Source: the human T2T-CHM13v2.0 reference genome, Homo sapiens. From it: DNA of 64,000 bases. Location of the stretch: the NCBI RefSeq assembly GCF_009914755.1, contig NC_060926.1; one strand, 5' to 3'. Shown in pieces: positions 11,893-24,247 of the stretch. The notes beneath the pieces were generated by a model that made no database searches, was not told the DNA's origin, and worked only from the letters and a program-made list of their open reading frames with translations. Positions within the stretch are counted from its first letter, which is position 1; every line of letters starts with the position of its first letter. The position numbers and the translations under genes are program-made.

Positions 11893-14199
11893 TTGTGGCT
11901 GTGGGGCAGGGCTGGGCAGAAGCTCCAGCCCACACACCTGCCATGCTGGGCAGGCAGGCAGAGGTGCCTGGGCGGCCACCAACTCATCAAAGCCCTAGGG
12001 AGACGCCCTCCTGGGACCGCCCAGACCTCTCTGGGCTCAGCAGGGCTTGTCAGCTCCTGCTTCAGCCTTTGCCTGCAGCTCAGGAATTCCCCTGGGATTG
12101 GAGTCAGGGCAGGCTGCAGGGTTGGGGAGGCGGGGGATGCTAAGGCTGTTCCTCGTGCTGGGCCCCGTGCTGCTACTCCTAGCCTGTGACCTTGCACAGG
12201 TCACTTTAGCTCTCTATGTGTCAGCTATGTCAGCGGGACCTACAGCTGCTGTGAAGATGAAATGACTCGGCTTAACCCCCTGCGAGGCCCATAGTGAGCT
12301 CTGCATCTTAGCAGGGAGACAGCTAGGCCTCTGGGAACAAGGGAGCCCTCACCATGTGTGACCTCCCATTCAGGGGCGTGCCCCGTCGAGCCCCGTGCTT
12401 CCTCTGGGGAGGAGGTGCTGGCTTGGGGGGGTGTGGCTCGTGGGCCATGCTGGCAGTGGGTCGTGTTCGCTCCAGTGCCAACACTGGGCAGATTCCCCCC
12501 GACATCATTTAGACGTGTGCCTTTATTCAGTACCAGGGTACCAGGGCCGGCCTGGGTGCCAGGTAGGGAGGCAGGAGCAAGAAAGTGGAGGCTCCCCTGG
12601 CAGAGGTTCCCTCTGGAAGGAGCATGGCTTGTTGGGACTGGAGGCCAGAGGCTGGGGAGGCTTCCTGAGGGAGGTGAGGGGAAAGCATGTGAGATGGAGG
12701 GAAGTGGCAGGTCACAGCTGGGTGGGGTGACTGGGTGGAGTGACTGGGTGGTGGGGGTGGGCGCAGGGAGAGCCAGGCCTGGGACCACCATGACCACAGA
12801 GATGGCTTCTCGGGAAGTGGTTGGGTCGGAGGTGAGCGGCCGAGTTCCTTTGCTCCCTCCCCTTCTGTTCCTTCCCCAGTGTTTATGAGCCATCCCTCTT
12901 GGCGGGCTCCCTCCAGAGGCACCCAAGGGTTTGCTCTGGGATCCGGCCCAGCCTCAGCTGTATGTGTGTCTCTGCCTGGTTGGCATTCACGGGGCAGATG
13001 GACGGGCCTGCGCGGCGTCTTTGTGGACTGGAATGTGGCTGCTGCGTCCCCTTCTGCGTTTCTAGCGTGCCCCCTGTGGGTGTAGCAGACAGGGAGGGCC
13101 AGTCCATCTTCCAGGCCTCCTTGGGTGCCTGTGGCCCCTGCAGTGGGTGTACGGGAAGCTAGATGGGAGAGCTGGGCAGAGCCCCAGGAGGACAACCCCA
13201 CCCTCCCACAGCCTGCCTGAATTTCCACCCTGCTGGCAGGGTTGGGCATAGAGATGTGAGTGCCCTCTTCAGCTCCACCAAGCCAAGGAGGAGAAAGGCT
13301 GAGCCAGGCCTGGGGGCACGGCCTCTGGGGAGCACCTCATCCTGGGTTCCAAGAGTGGGCTCTGCCTTACAGCCAAGACACCGGGTCCTGGGTGTGGCAG
13401 GAGGTTCGTGACACAAATTCTGAATCCCCTTTCATCCCCAGTCTGAGGCCACAGCATGAGCCTCAGACAGTGGAGCAGGCTGGCATGGGGGGAGGCCTGC
13501 ACAGGGCACGCGGCTTCTTGGCCCGAGCTGTGACTAGGCTCCCATCTGATGGACCCCTGCCGTCGTGCCATGCCAGGGCCGGCACCGCCCAGACCTGGCG
13601 TCTGCCGGCAGGATGGCCTGCTCAGGGGTTCCCCAAGCAGGATCTGGGCAGCTTAGAGAGCAGTCTTATGAGTTGCCTGGTGAAAGCCCCGTCTTTGGGG
13701 GTCTCCGGTGTTGTGGCCTGCCTTGGTGGTCTGTCCAGCAGCTCTCAGTGTGCCCATTGCAGACCGGCCGAGAGGCCGGAGTGCGGCCAGAGGGGAACTG
13801 GTGTGAGTGGGTGGTTTTGTCTGGCTGGGTCAGCAGGCCTGGGGAAGGTGGGGAGCTGGGCCGGGACAGTGGGAGCCACGCAGGACCTGGGCTGCAGGGA
13901 GGGGAGGGTGTTGGCGGGAGGCTGTCCCTCTGGTGTCCAAGGAGGGGCCAGAGGCGCACAGCATAGACCTCCCAGGCTGGGGGCACCTGGGTGGGAGACT
14001 TGGTGGAAGGATGTGGCCTGTTGGGTTTGGTATGTCAGAGGGAAAGCAGGTCAGGATATAGGGGCAGGGGGGTCTGGAGTCAAGGCCCGGGTGCCATTGG
14101 ACTGGGGGCTGGAGGGGGCAGGTAGAGGATGTGGAATGACCATGGCAGCTTTGCGTGAGGACAGCGGTGGTCAGCTGCCACCTTCAGCACAGAGAGAAA

Positions 14200-15900
14200 C
14201 CCGACACCCCGCCCCCATTACCCTCCGGGGAGGGGCCCCGGCTCCCCCGAGCGCCGGCCCTGCTGAGACCCAGGAGCCCCTGCACCAAGGCCTGGGCCCG
14301 CTTAGCTGCAGTGGGGAGCCTAGGAGGCCCGGACTGCCCGCGGAGAACAGGAGCAGCACCCGCAGGCGGGAGGGAGGGGCCCGGCCTCGGCGGCGGGCAG
14401 GAAGGCGGGCGCAGGGCGGCGGGGACCTGGCCGGAGGGGCCGGGGCGGCCGCCTGCGGTTTCCAGGGAGACGGGGGCGGTGCCGAGCGCGGCGGGGCGGG
14501 GGCTGCGGGAGGACGCTCGTCCCCGCGCCGGGAGCCACCGCCCTCGGCCGTGCGCGCCAGTGCGGCTGCGGCGCTGCCCGGGGTGGCTGCGGCCAGAGTC
14601 TCCCGCGCGCCCGGCGGACCGCAGCCCGCCCTCGTCCCCCGCTGGCTTTTCGCCTCCTGCGAGCCCTTCCGCCCGGCCCCGCTCCGCCGCCTTTCCCCGG
14701 CCCGAGCACCTGCACCCAGAGCCCGCGCGCCGCCCGGAGCCGCTGGAGCCGCCGCTGCGAAGGGGGTCCCGCGTCCGCCGCCGCGCTGGAAGCCAGGCCC
14801 GAGGACCTCTCCCGCAGCGCCACCGTACCCGCATCCGCAGGCGCGCCACCCCCATCTCCACCCGCTCCTCGTCCCCACCGCCTCTGTCCCATCCTCCGCT
14901 CCGTCCTGCCCCGCTTGGCCGCCGCAGCCCCATCCCCTTTCCGCCCCTCCTGTCGGGAGTCCGTGGCCCGTCCCCAGTCCCACCCCACCCGTCGCCCCAG
15001 CTGCACCTACCCCTACCCCTCCCGGGCCGCATCCCGGCGTCCCCGCCCCCGCCCGCCGCCCCGCTCCCTCCGCCCGCCCCGCTCCCACCGCCCGCCCCGC
15101 TCCCTCCGCCCGCCCCGCTCCCGCATCGCCTGCCGCCGCCCCGGGGCCCCCCTTCCTCTTCCGCCAGGCCCATCCCCCTCCCCGGGCCGTCGCAGCCCTT
15201 CGAGCCCCCTCCCCCACCCCCGTGCCTGCCGCACCCGCTGCGACAAGCCCCTTCCCCGCCAATCGCGGCGCCCCCCTCCCCTCGCCCGCCCGCCGCAGCC
15301 CCCTCTCCCCGCCCGCCCCCTTCCCTCCCCGCCGCGCCCACTGCACCAGTGCCCCCTCCTCGCCGGGCCGCCGGCGCTGCTGCGTGTCCAGACCCCTGCG
15401 CACCCGCTCCGGCTGCGCGGTTTGCCGTCTTCGTCCCTGGCCGCGGCGGCTGGCGACTGGCATCGGGGCGCCCGGGACCCCCAGGGCGGCGACGCTGCCG
15501 CCGGTGCCGCCGAGCCTTTGTTCCGCCGCCGGGGCCGGTTTCACGCCTGTCGCCCTCGCAAGCAGCCGCGGGTGACAGGAGCCTTAGCCGGCCTGGGGCG
15601 CGGACCCTCCCACCCGGGGCAGAGGTGTCCCTACGACGCCCCTCGGTTTCGGGTCGCAGTGCGCGGCGGAGGTTCTGCGGCGGCGGAGGGGCTCCTTGGC
15701 GACGCTGTCATTTGGGTGAAATGGTGGCGGGGGGGCTTCGGGCAGACGGCAGGGGTGTGGGGAGGGGAGGGAAGCACGATGGGGTGAGTCTGGGGGCCGT
15801 GGATGCCGTTGACGAGGAGCTGAGATGCCGTGGCCGGTCCACCTCGCAGGTGGGGCCAAGGCTGCCTCTGGCTCAGACGTCAGGAGCCCAGGCGGACAGG
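14200..15900. promoter_or_regulatory. Intragenic CpG island / probable internal promoter in GPC1 intron 1
   Basis: Very high GC and unsuppressed CpG compared with the flanks, many GC boxes, and CCAAT at 15259-15263. Confidence 0.85.
15052..15122. repeat. 18-bp GC-box tandem repeat x4 (CCGCCCGCCCCGCTCCCW)
   Basis: GCCCCGCTCCC recurs at 15058, 15076, 15094 and 15112. Confidence 0.85.
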
Positions 15901-17449
15901 GACTGGCCAGGGGCGCAGGCTTCTTAGAGGATGGGGCAAAAGTGAGGAAAAGATCCTCTGCAGCCTGGGCAGTGGGTGGTCCCCAGGAAACCCCCTGGGT
16001 CGTTTGTCCAGTGCACCCTCACCCCAGGAGGCTGCTGGACGTGCCGGAGGATGCCACAGCCACCGGAGCTGGTTGGGGTCCGAGAGCAGATGGGCCAGGG
16101 GCTGGGGCAGGCTTCGAGAAGAGGGTTCGGGCTTGGGGAAAGCCTTCGCAGCCATCGGCCAGCCAGGAAGGCCCCGTTGCCGGGTGCAGAGCTGAGTAGA
16201 GGGCAGGAGCGGGGAGGCCTAGGCTCTTCCCTTGCGTGTTGGGGGGCTGCGGTGCCTGGAGCTCTGCACACAGCCCTACTCCAGCACCGTGGGAGGCAAT
16301 GCAGGCTGACTGTCCACGCCAAATTCCGGTACCTTAGGCATTCGAGTCTGTTGACACTGAGTGTCTAGGACGAGGCTGTAAAGGTGGATAAAGCCGGCTT
16401 TACAGTCTGCACCTCCTGTGTGAGCCGTGGAAGCTTCTGGAGGGATGGGCGTGGCGTGGCGCCATCATCTCTCTGCATTCTCCTTGGGAGGGCTCCAGAG
16501 CCACTGGTCACGGGCAGCTGCCAGGCTGGGTCTGGACAAATGAGGTCTGGGTCCATCATTGGGGATGGGGGCCACTGTCAGGATGGGAGTCTCGCCTAAA
16601 GCTTTGGGGTGAAGGTGCTGATGACCAAGAGGAAACTGCGGGGTGGGGACATGTCAGCAGGGGACGAGAATGCATGACCTAAAAGGTATCCAAAGTTAAG
16701 GCTGGTGGGGGCTTAGTGAGGAGCAGCAGAGTGGGGTGGTCCAGAACCGTCAGGATCGGGAGGGGGAAGATGGAACGAGACAGCAGCTGCCTACGAGCCA
16801 GGGAGCAAGAGCTCTGTGCTTTAACCTGAGGAGCAGGAGCCTGGGAACTGGAGACTCTGGGTTTGAGGTGGGGGATGAATCTGCCATTAAACAAATAATC
16901 CCCTTCCCCCCCAAAAAAATCCTCAGAGCACTGGGGAAGGGAAGTGTCCCAGTGACTGAGGGAGGGGAGCGCTGTGGAAGGATGGGTCGGCTACAGCAAC
17001 TTCAGCCCAGGGATCAGGGAAGAGAGGGTCCAGTCCCTGGCCCAGCGGGGAGCAGGCCCGGTGACCTTGACCTGAGCAGCCCCAGGGCCAGAGGGAGGGG
17101 TGGGCCGGAAGGGCCCAGATGCCTCCCTGCACGGGGGGAAGGGGATGGGCTGCCGGGACTCACCCCCTAGGTTGGAAAATGCCTCCCTCTGGGTTGGAGG
17201 AGGAGAAAGGCCAGGAAGGAGAGGGAGAGGGACATGGGGAGGGTTCCCTCCTGGCCTGAGGCCTCTCTATCCCCAGGTGTTGAGCTGAGAGAAGTGGTGG
17301 GGAGGCCCCTGGGGGTGGGGAGGCCCCTGGGTGGGGAGATTTAAGATGACAGCTGGTCTTGGGCACATTGCTCTCCATTCAGAAAGGCCCCAGCCCCTGG
17401 CATTCTTCCAGGAGGGGGCTTGCTTTGCCGCCCTGCAGGGGGACTCTGC

Positions 17450-18060
17450 AGAGCCGGCCTCTGCCATCTCATGTCCAGGACCACAACCTGTGGCCCCGGC
17501 CTGCGCCGGGCCGGAGCTCCGCAGAAGGAAGCCAGCGGGAGGCCTCCTGCCTTTGACTGCCGTGCGTCCAGCCTGCAGCGGGCCTCAGGGGGCCGCCTCG
17601 ATCCAGCCTGCCCGAGGCTCCCAGGCCTTCGCCCGCCTTGCGTCCAGCCTGCCGGGGGCTCCCAGGCCGGCGCCCGAGCTCTGGCTCCGTGTCTTCACTC
17701 CCGTGCTTGTCCGAGGAGGGAGGGAGGGACGGGGGCTGTGCTGGGGCAGCCGGAACAACGCAGGTCGCCGGGCCGGCTGGGCGAGTTGGCCGGGCGGGGC
17801 TGAGGGGTCGGCGGGGGAGGCTGAGGCGCGGGGGCCGGTGCGCGGCCGTGAGGGGGTGTGAGAGGTGGCTGACGGCGCCGAGGAGCCCCTCAGAACCTGC
17901 AGGTGGGGGGAGCTCCCATATCTTACGGGTGTTTCGGGCCTCACCTCTCCATGCCTCTCGTCAGCCTCTCCCGTCTGCGTGGTGGGGGCTGGGGAGTGGG
18001 TCCGCCGGGACCTCGCGAGGGAGGGGCACAGGAGGAGCCGGCGGGGGACGCCACCCACCC
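17450..18060. promoter_or_regulatory. Small CpG-rich island surrounding MIR149
   Basis: Local CpG enrichment (GCGCGG, CCGG and GGCG clusters). Confidence 0.6.
17666..17754 (+). ncRNA. MIR149: pre-miR-149 hairpin; miR-149-5p 17680-17702, miR-149-3p 17721-17741
   Basis: Exact mature sequences TCTGGCTCCGTGTCTTCACTCCC and AGGGAGGGACGGGGGCTGTGC. The arms are complementary, and the location in GPC1 intron 1 is as known. Confidence 0.98.
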
Positions 18061-20694
18061 TCCTCCCTAGGAGTGCTTGAGCCCTAGTCCTGAGTCTTGG
18101 ACCAGCTCACTCGGTTCCTGTGGCCCAGCCAGCCTGGCCTGGGTGCCCCGTCACAGCTGAGCCCATCTCAGCTGAGCCCAGGGTGTGTCACCGGGAAGCT
18201 CAGCTGGCACCTGCCACCCCCTCCCCCAGGCACGTTTCCCTCCCACTGCCCAGCCCATTACCATCATGTGTCCGGCTGACCTGTGCTCTCCTGGTCTGGG
18301 CAGCCTGGATGGGTGCACAGGGCCCCATCACAGCCCACACCCTCGGAGAGACGCCTCCTGAGTCTGCTCAGCCTGGCACAGGCCCCAGGAAAGGACCCGG
18401 AGGGGCGGTTCCTGCTCTAAATCCTGCCCCCACGGGGGTGGGACTGGGGCAGAATCCCATCAGTGAATAAAGGCTGCAGAGTGAAGGATGGTCCCTGGCG
18501 AGTGTACCTGTGTCCCAGTCTTCTTGCCTGAGGGCGCCTTCCCACCCATGTGAGGAGTGGGGAAGGAGCACCCCTTCTCTACTAGGCCCCAGGGCTCTCA
18601 GAGCCGGGCTCTGTCCTCACCCCAGCTGGCTCCCACAAGGCCCTCCTGGCCCCAGACTCTGTTGGACCCCCAACTCCCCCTCCAGCAGGCATCTGGAGGT
18701 AAGGAGGGGCGGGGGGCGCAGGTGCACTTGCCATTCCCGCTCTGTCTGCAGCATGGGCACATGTAAGTCCAGGCCCTGGGGAATCCCTGGACCTGCAGCC
18801 CCTGCGGAGGACTCCCTCCCCCTCTAGCTCAAGCCAGAGCCCCCTGCATCAGTACATTCCAGAACTCAGACAGGAAAAGAGGGCAAGGAGGGAGCGCTCC
18901 AGGATAAGAACCCCTACCTCGGCCCTCCCTCGCTCTCCCAGGCCCCTCTGACAACCTGTCTCCTTGCTGTCATGTCAGCAGGCACAGAGGCTACAGGGGC
19001 CAAGCGGCAGCCGCCCAAGCCCGGATTCGGGTTCTCTGTTCCCTTCTCTTGTCTCGGGCTCCTCCCTGAGTGTGTGTACTTAGAGGGTGCGGAAGATCAG
19101 CAAACTCAGTCTGACCCAGGCATTCAACCTCTGGGTAGTTACCTAGTCCTGGGTCCCCACCCCAGATGGCCTCTAGTGGGTAAGGGCTTCCTGGACCCCA
19201 GGCCTGAGGGGTGACTTCTCTTGCAGTAAGCGGGTAGGGCACTGCCTGCGCTGCTCCAGGCCCTGCCTGCAGTGGGGCTACAGATCCCTGCTCCCACCTC
19301 CAGGCAGGGCTGGAGCTGCTGCCAGCTCCCCCAGGACAGCCTCGAGCCAGGTGCCTCTGCCCGGGCTGACCCCGCCCTCGGTCCCGGTCCTGGCTCCCTC
19401 TCCTGCCTCTCCTCCCTGGCCTGGCCTTCACTTCCTGCTGACCCTCAGGAGGGCGTAAAAGAATGCAGGACCTGCTGCATTCCAGCCACCCTGGCCCAGG
19501 GTCCCAGAACAGGATGAGACAGGCCCCTGAGGCGGCAGTCCTGAGGAAAGTTGCTGGAATTCCTGCTGACAACGCCCCCCCTTGACCCCACCCCTCTGAC
19601 CAAGCCAGGCTCCTGCTTCCACCTCTCCACTGTGCCTGACCTAGGCCAGCACCAGGAGGGCCTTAGAGGCGGGGGACGAGGCCCAGAAGGAACAGTGTGG
19701 CCCCGTCAGTGTGGAGTCCTGAGCTTAGGCAGCCGGAACCACTTGCCCCCTCACTGTATAGCTGGGACGAGACCTCATCCCTGTAAGCCCCGGTTTTCTG
19801 GTTAATAAAATGAGGATTGCGGCAGCCTTCATCACAGTGCGATGCACACCCTTTAAAAAATGCAGTTTTTCCTGATGCCACACACCCATTCCAGGTGGGC
19901 CCTGAGGTGTGCACAGCAGGGCTGAGAGCTGACTCAAAGCCTGTCCTGTCCCCACTCCCCACAAGGAGGTGAAGCTGTCTCTGATGGCAGTGCCGCTGTC
20001 ACTGCCTCGGACGCTGGAGCAGAGTAGCTCATGGCAGGCTGCAGAGGAGGGGACTCCACAAGGACACCAGGAGGCACAGGGTGCACCCTGCAGGGCTTGG
20101 GGCATGGTCCAATGACCCTTTCATGGGGCCTGCCAGCTGCACCAGAGCACACCTGCCCCCATACCAGACTCGTGCCTGGGGTCCTGCAGGGCCACTGCCT
20201 CTGACCAGCCCACTGTTGGTGGGATCTGCCGTCCTTGCAGTGGGAGCTTGGTGCCCCCCAGGGCTGGTGTGGGAAGAGAGGGGGATTGGATTCCTTCCTC
20301 CTTCCCCATCCTCAGACATGGGCCCAGGCAAGGGGTGCCTTTCGGGCCTGGGAGCCTTCTCCACACTTGCACACAGGAACCTGAGGCCAGTTCTTTGCTT
20401 GCAGCTGCTGGGACAGCAGGCTGGGGGGCAGGACTTGCCCAAGGGGCCTCCTGCCCTGTAGAGGCAGCCGTGCTCTTGTGTCACGTGTGGGAAGCTACGG
20501 GACCGAAGCCAGGCCTTTTCCTCCCTCCACACCCCGACCACTTCTGCCTTCACCCAGGGCACCCCCCAGGCTGGCCCACCCCTGAGCTGTGCTCCACCCT
20601 GGGTCTGCCATCCTGCCCAGGAGAGCCTGAGGGTGCCCTCCTGGCTCCCAGTGCTGTCCCAGCCCCTCTCCCTCACACTGGCCTTTCCCCACAG

Positions 20695-20853
20695 GTGAGC
20701 ACCTGCGGATCTGTCCCCAGGGCTACACCTGCTGCACCAGCGAGATGGAGGAGAACCTGGCCAACCGCAGCCATGCCGAGCTGGAGACCGCGCTCCGGGA
20801 CAGCAGCCGCGTCCTGCAGGCCATGCTTGCCACCCAGCTGCGCAGCTTCGATG
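20695..20853 (+). CDS. GPC1: Glypican-1 coding exon 2 (159 nt; GEHLRICPQGYTCC...QLRSFD)
   Basis: cag| acceptor and |gtgagt donor. Translation matches glypican-1, including the NRS sequon. Exon 1 lies upstream of the window. Confidence 0.98.
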
Positions 20854-23800
20854 GTGAGTGCCTCCCACGGGCGCTCGGGGCCCGCAGGGTGCCGGTGCAT
20901 CGGGGGAGGGGCACACTGGGCCTTGCCTGGTGTGTCAATGCCAAGGGTGGGGGATTGGCAGGAGGAGGTGGGGGAGTTAGTGCTTTGGGGCTAGGGCGCT
21001 GGGTTGAAGCCCCAGCTGGGATTTGGGGGCTGCCCTCAGGCAGGGATCTGCAGGGTTTGACACCCCCCTGGGAGTGTGCACAGCCCATTCCCAGTGCACA
21101 TTTGGGGACAGAGGGCCTATCCCATCAGCCCCTCAGAGGCTCCTGTCACCAGCAGATTCTCCTGAGCACCTGCAGGGAGACAGGCCTTGGCCAAATCCTG
21201 CCTGCAGCTCGTCAAGTGCCCCAGGCCACTGCCCCTGGGGACCAGGTGGCCTGGAGCCAGGGAGCTCAGTGCAAGGGCTGAGACTGGGGCTGGGGACAGG
21301 GCTGCAGAGTGCAGGGCCTGCCTGGGGTGGCCGCCACTCAGCCCTTTATATCGGGGCAGGAGTCTGGGGGCCGCGGGGAGTGACCCCTGCAGGCCTTGAG
21401 GCCCCGCCAGCTGCTGCATTAGAGCCACGTACTCCTCGGCCCAGGCTGGGCCTCGCCTTGTGTCTGGGCAGAGAGTGGCAGCCACCCCCAGGGGGACAGT
21501 GTGGGGTCAGGAGGTCCTCCATGAAGTGACCTCTGATCAGAAACACGAGGACTTGGTGGAGGGAGGCGGCCCGGGCTGAGGTACTGCCCCTGTGTCCGGG
21601 CGGAGCCAGGGCGCCGGGACAGTGAGCCTGGGCAGACAGGAGGGAGGGAGCGCTGAGGCTGCAGGGCTCCATTGTGGCTGTGAGGGACGGCAGCTGCTGC
21701 TGGGGCCCTGGGGTTTGTCTCAGCGTTCCTGCTTCTCCGGCTCCTGGACACCTGCTGTGGCCTCCCAGGCTCCCGGGAGAGTCTGCCTGTCCCCAGGAGC
21801 CCCCAAGGCCATTTCCACAGGGCTGCGGGACCTCAGCTGTTGGCGTACACCTGGGTAGCAGTGGGTCAGAAGCTCCCTCTCTGTGACTTGGACATCGATG
21901 CTCAGAGCTCAGCCCTCCCCGCTGGTGTGGGGCCCGTGGGATGCGCGTGGCCCCTCTGGGACTCTCCTTCCTCCTGCCCAGCTGGACCCGGGGAGCGAGC
22001 CCCTGCACCCTGAGTCAGGAGCCTTCCTGAGCCACTTGGTTCTGTCCCATGTGTAGGGACCCGGCTCACCTCCTCCACTCTATCCTGGGCCTCAGTTTCT
22101 CCCCAGCGCCGCTGAGCCCTGGCTCCCGCCCCAGCGTGCCACCCAGCCCTGCCCCTTCCCCTCTCCTGCTAATACCCTTGCCCATCACACCATCCTCCTG
22201 GCCTGGGGACATCCTGCCCGCCTGCTTCCTCCTGGCTCTTAGGGGGTTGGTGTCGCTGCCCTGCTCTGGGGCCTGTCCCGTGTCAGTGCCCTGCCGCCGC
22301 CCTCCCTCTGCTGCCCTCTGGAAGCCTCCAGCCTTCCTGTTCAACTCTCCTATCTTTGACCTGAAAACACAGACACCCTTTGGGGACATTTGTATTAAAA
22401 ATGACCCACTATGTGATGTGCCCAAGGCCCACCTGTGCCCCTACCCCAGGGAGTCTTGTCCAACCCCCACCTCCTATGTCCTCCCCTCCCACCCCTGCCC
22501 ATGGCAGCTGCTGTCCCCTCCCAGCCTCCGGGGCAGCTGAGGGCCCCTGGGTCTTTGTCTGCAGTGCTGGTGGGAACCAGTGGGAGGCGGTAGGAGGGGA
22601 GCCTGGCTGGACCTCTGGTTGCTGTGTTCAGGGATTTGGAGCCCTGTGTCCGCCCCCCCACCAGCCTTCAGGAGCAGCTGAATGGGTTCTGGCAGGAGGT
22701 AGAGCTGGGGACTGCACCTGGATTTGGCCCATGGCCCTCTAGGTGTGTCTGGGCTAATGCATGAACCACAAGCCGCCCCTTTCCGGGACAGGCCAGGGCG
22801 TTCCAGGCGCCAGGACCCAAGGTGGACACTGGACAGCTGTGTGGCCCGTCCACCCTCCCCACAGCGGCCTGGGAGCTCTCTGTAGCCCTGCCAGCCCTGA
22901 AGCCCCAGGCCTTGCCAGGGGTCAGCGTGGGGGCTGATCCAGAGATCTCAGGCTTGACGGCCCCCGTGCCTCAAAGGAGAGCCTCTGCCCTGCTACCCTG
23001 GAGCACCTTGTGGTGGGCCATCGAGCCCCCGGTACCTGTGGGGCAAAGCCGGCCACAGCCCTAGGGACGCTCTGAGCAGTTACAGACCTGGAAGTCCCAC
23101 TTCCAAATGGGATGGGGAAGTCCAGGGTCCCATCTAGGCCCGGGGTACGGGGGCTTTTCCCTAAAGCCCCTGCAGCACATGTGGAGGTCTGAGGGTGAGC
23201 CTGTGCCTCCACACCCCCTGCCCAGCAGGGGAGATGTCTGGGGTTCTAGGCTGCAGGAGGCCCCCCAGAGCCCTCAGACAGGCCCGGGGTGCTCACAGCT
23301 GAAGCTTCTAAATCGCAGAAGCTGAGAGAAGACAAGAAGCCTAGGAGAGCAGCCGAGACAGGGTGGCGGGAGGGGCAGCAGCCCTGGAGACTCGCAGGGC
23401 AGGCGGCTGGGGCCACGGGGAGCACAAGTGGGGACCAGTGGAGAGAAGGAGCGGCTGGCAGGGGGGCACAGACCGGCCCTGCCCCTCTTACCCCAGTGAG
23501 TCCCCATCTCCACCAGCAGCCCCTCCCTGGGTGTTCTCAGGGGGTCACTGAGTCACAGAGCATCTGTTCTGCCCAGGGCTCAGCTCAGAAACTGCCACTG
23601 GAGCCCCAGTCAGAGGCCCTGAGACCCGAGAGGACCCCCTGCCACCTGGGCCCCTGCTCCCCAGGCCAGGGGGTGAGGTCTCGGGGCGCCCCATGGATGC
23701 CCACAGGGCCCACAGCCGCTGCAGTGTGGCGTCCGACTCCGAGGTCCTCAGAGTGTATCCTCAGAGCTGAGTCTCCCGGGCTGAGTCCCCTGCTCTGGTC

Positions 23801-23855
23801 CAGCTGCCACGGCGGGGGAAACATGGTCCCGATCACGCCCCCTCCCTGTGCGCAG

Positions 23856-24247
23856 ACCACTTCCAGCACCTGCTGAACGACTCGGAGCGGACGCTGCAGG
23901 CCACCTTCCCCGGCGCCTTCGGAGAGCTGTACACGCAGAACGCGAGGGCCTTCCGGGACCTGTACTCAGAGCTGCGCCTGTACTACCGCGGTGCCAACCT
24001 GCACCTGGAGGAGACGCTGGCCGAGTTCTGGGCCCGCCTGCTCGAGCGCCTCTTCAAGCAGCTGCACCCCCAGCTGCTGCTGCCTGATGACTACCTGGAC
24101 TGCCTGGGCAAGCAGGCCGAGGCGCTGCGGCCCTTCGGGGAGGCCCCGAGAGAGCTGCGCCTGCGGGCCACCCGTGCCTTCGTGGCTGCTCGCTCCTTTG
24201 TGCAGGGCCTGGGCGTGGCCAGCGACGTGGTCCGGAAAGTGGCTCAG
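23856..24247 (+). CDS. GPC1: Glypican-1 coding exon 3 (392 nt; [11 protein letters not shown]...VVRKVAQ)
   Basis: AG/GT boundaries, frame continuous with exons 2 and 4. Confidence 0.98.

Larger units (their letters stand above)
11000..18400 (-). ncRNA. Possible antisense lncRNA region (PP14571/GPC1-AS1, recalled as annotated in this intron)
   Basis: From recollection of the locus only. Exons and boundaries cannot be derived from the sequence. Confidence 0.3.

Noticed and set aside
13260-15927. Very long overlapping ORFs (771, 590, 457 and 385 aa) on both strands
   Set aside because: They coincide with the CpG island, where stop codons are rare. The products are Pro/Ala/Gly/Arg low-complexity, open in several frames at once, with no recognisable domain.
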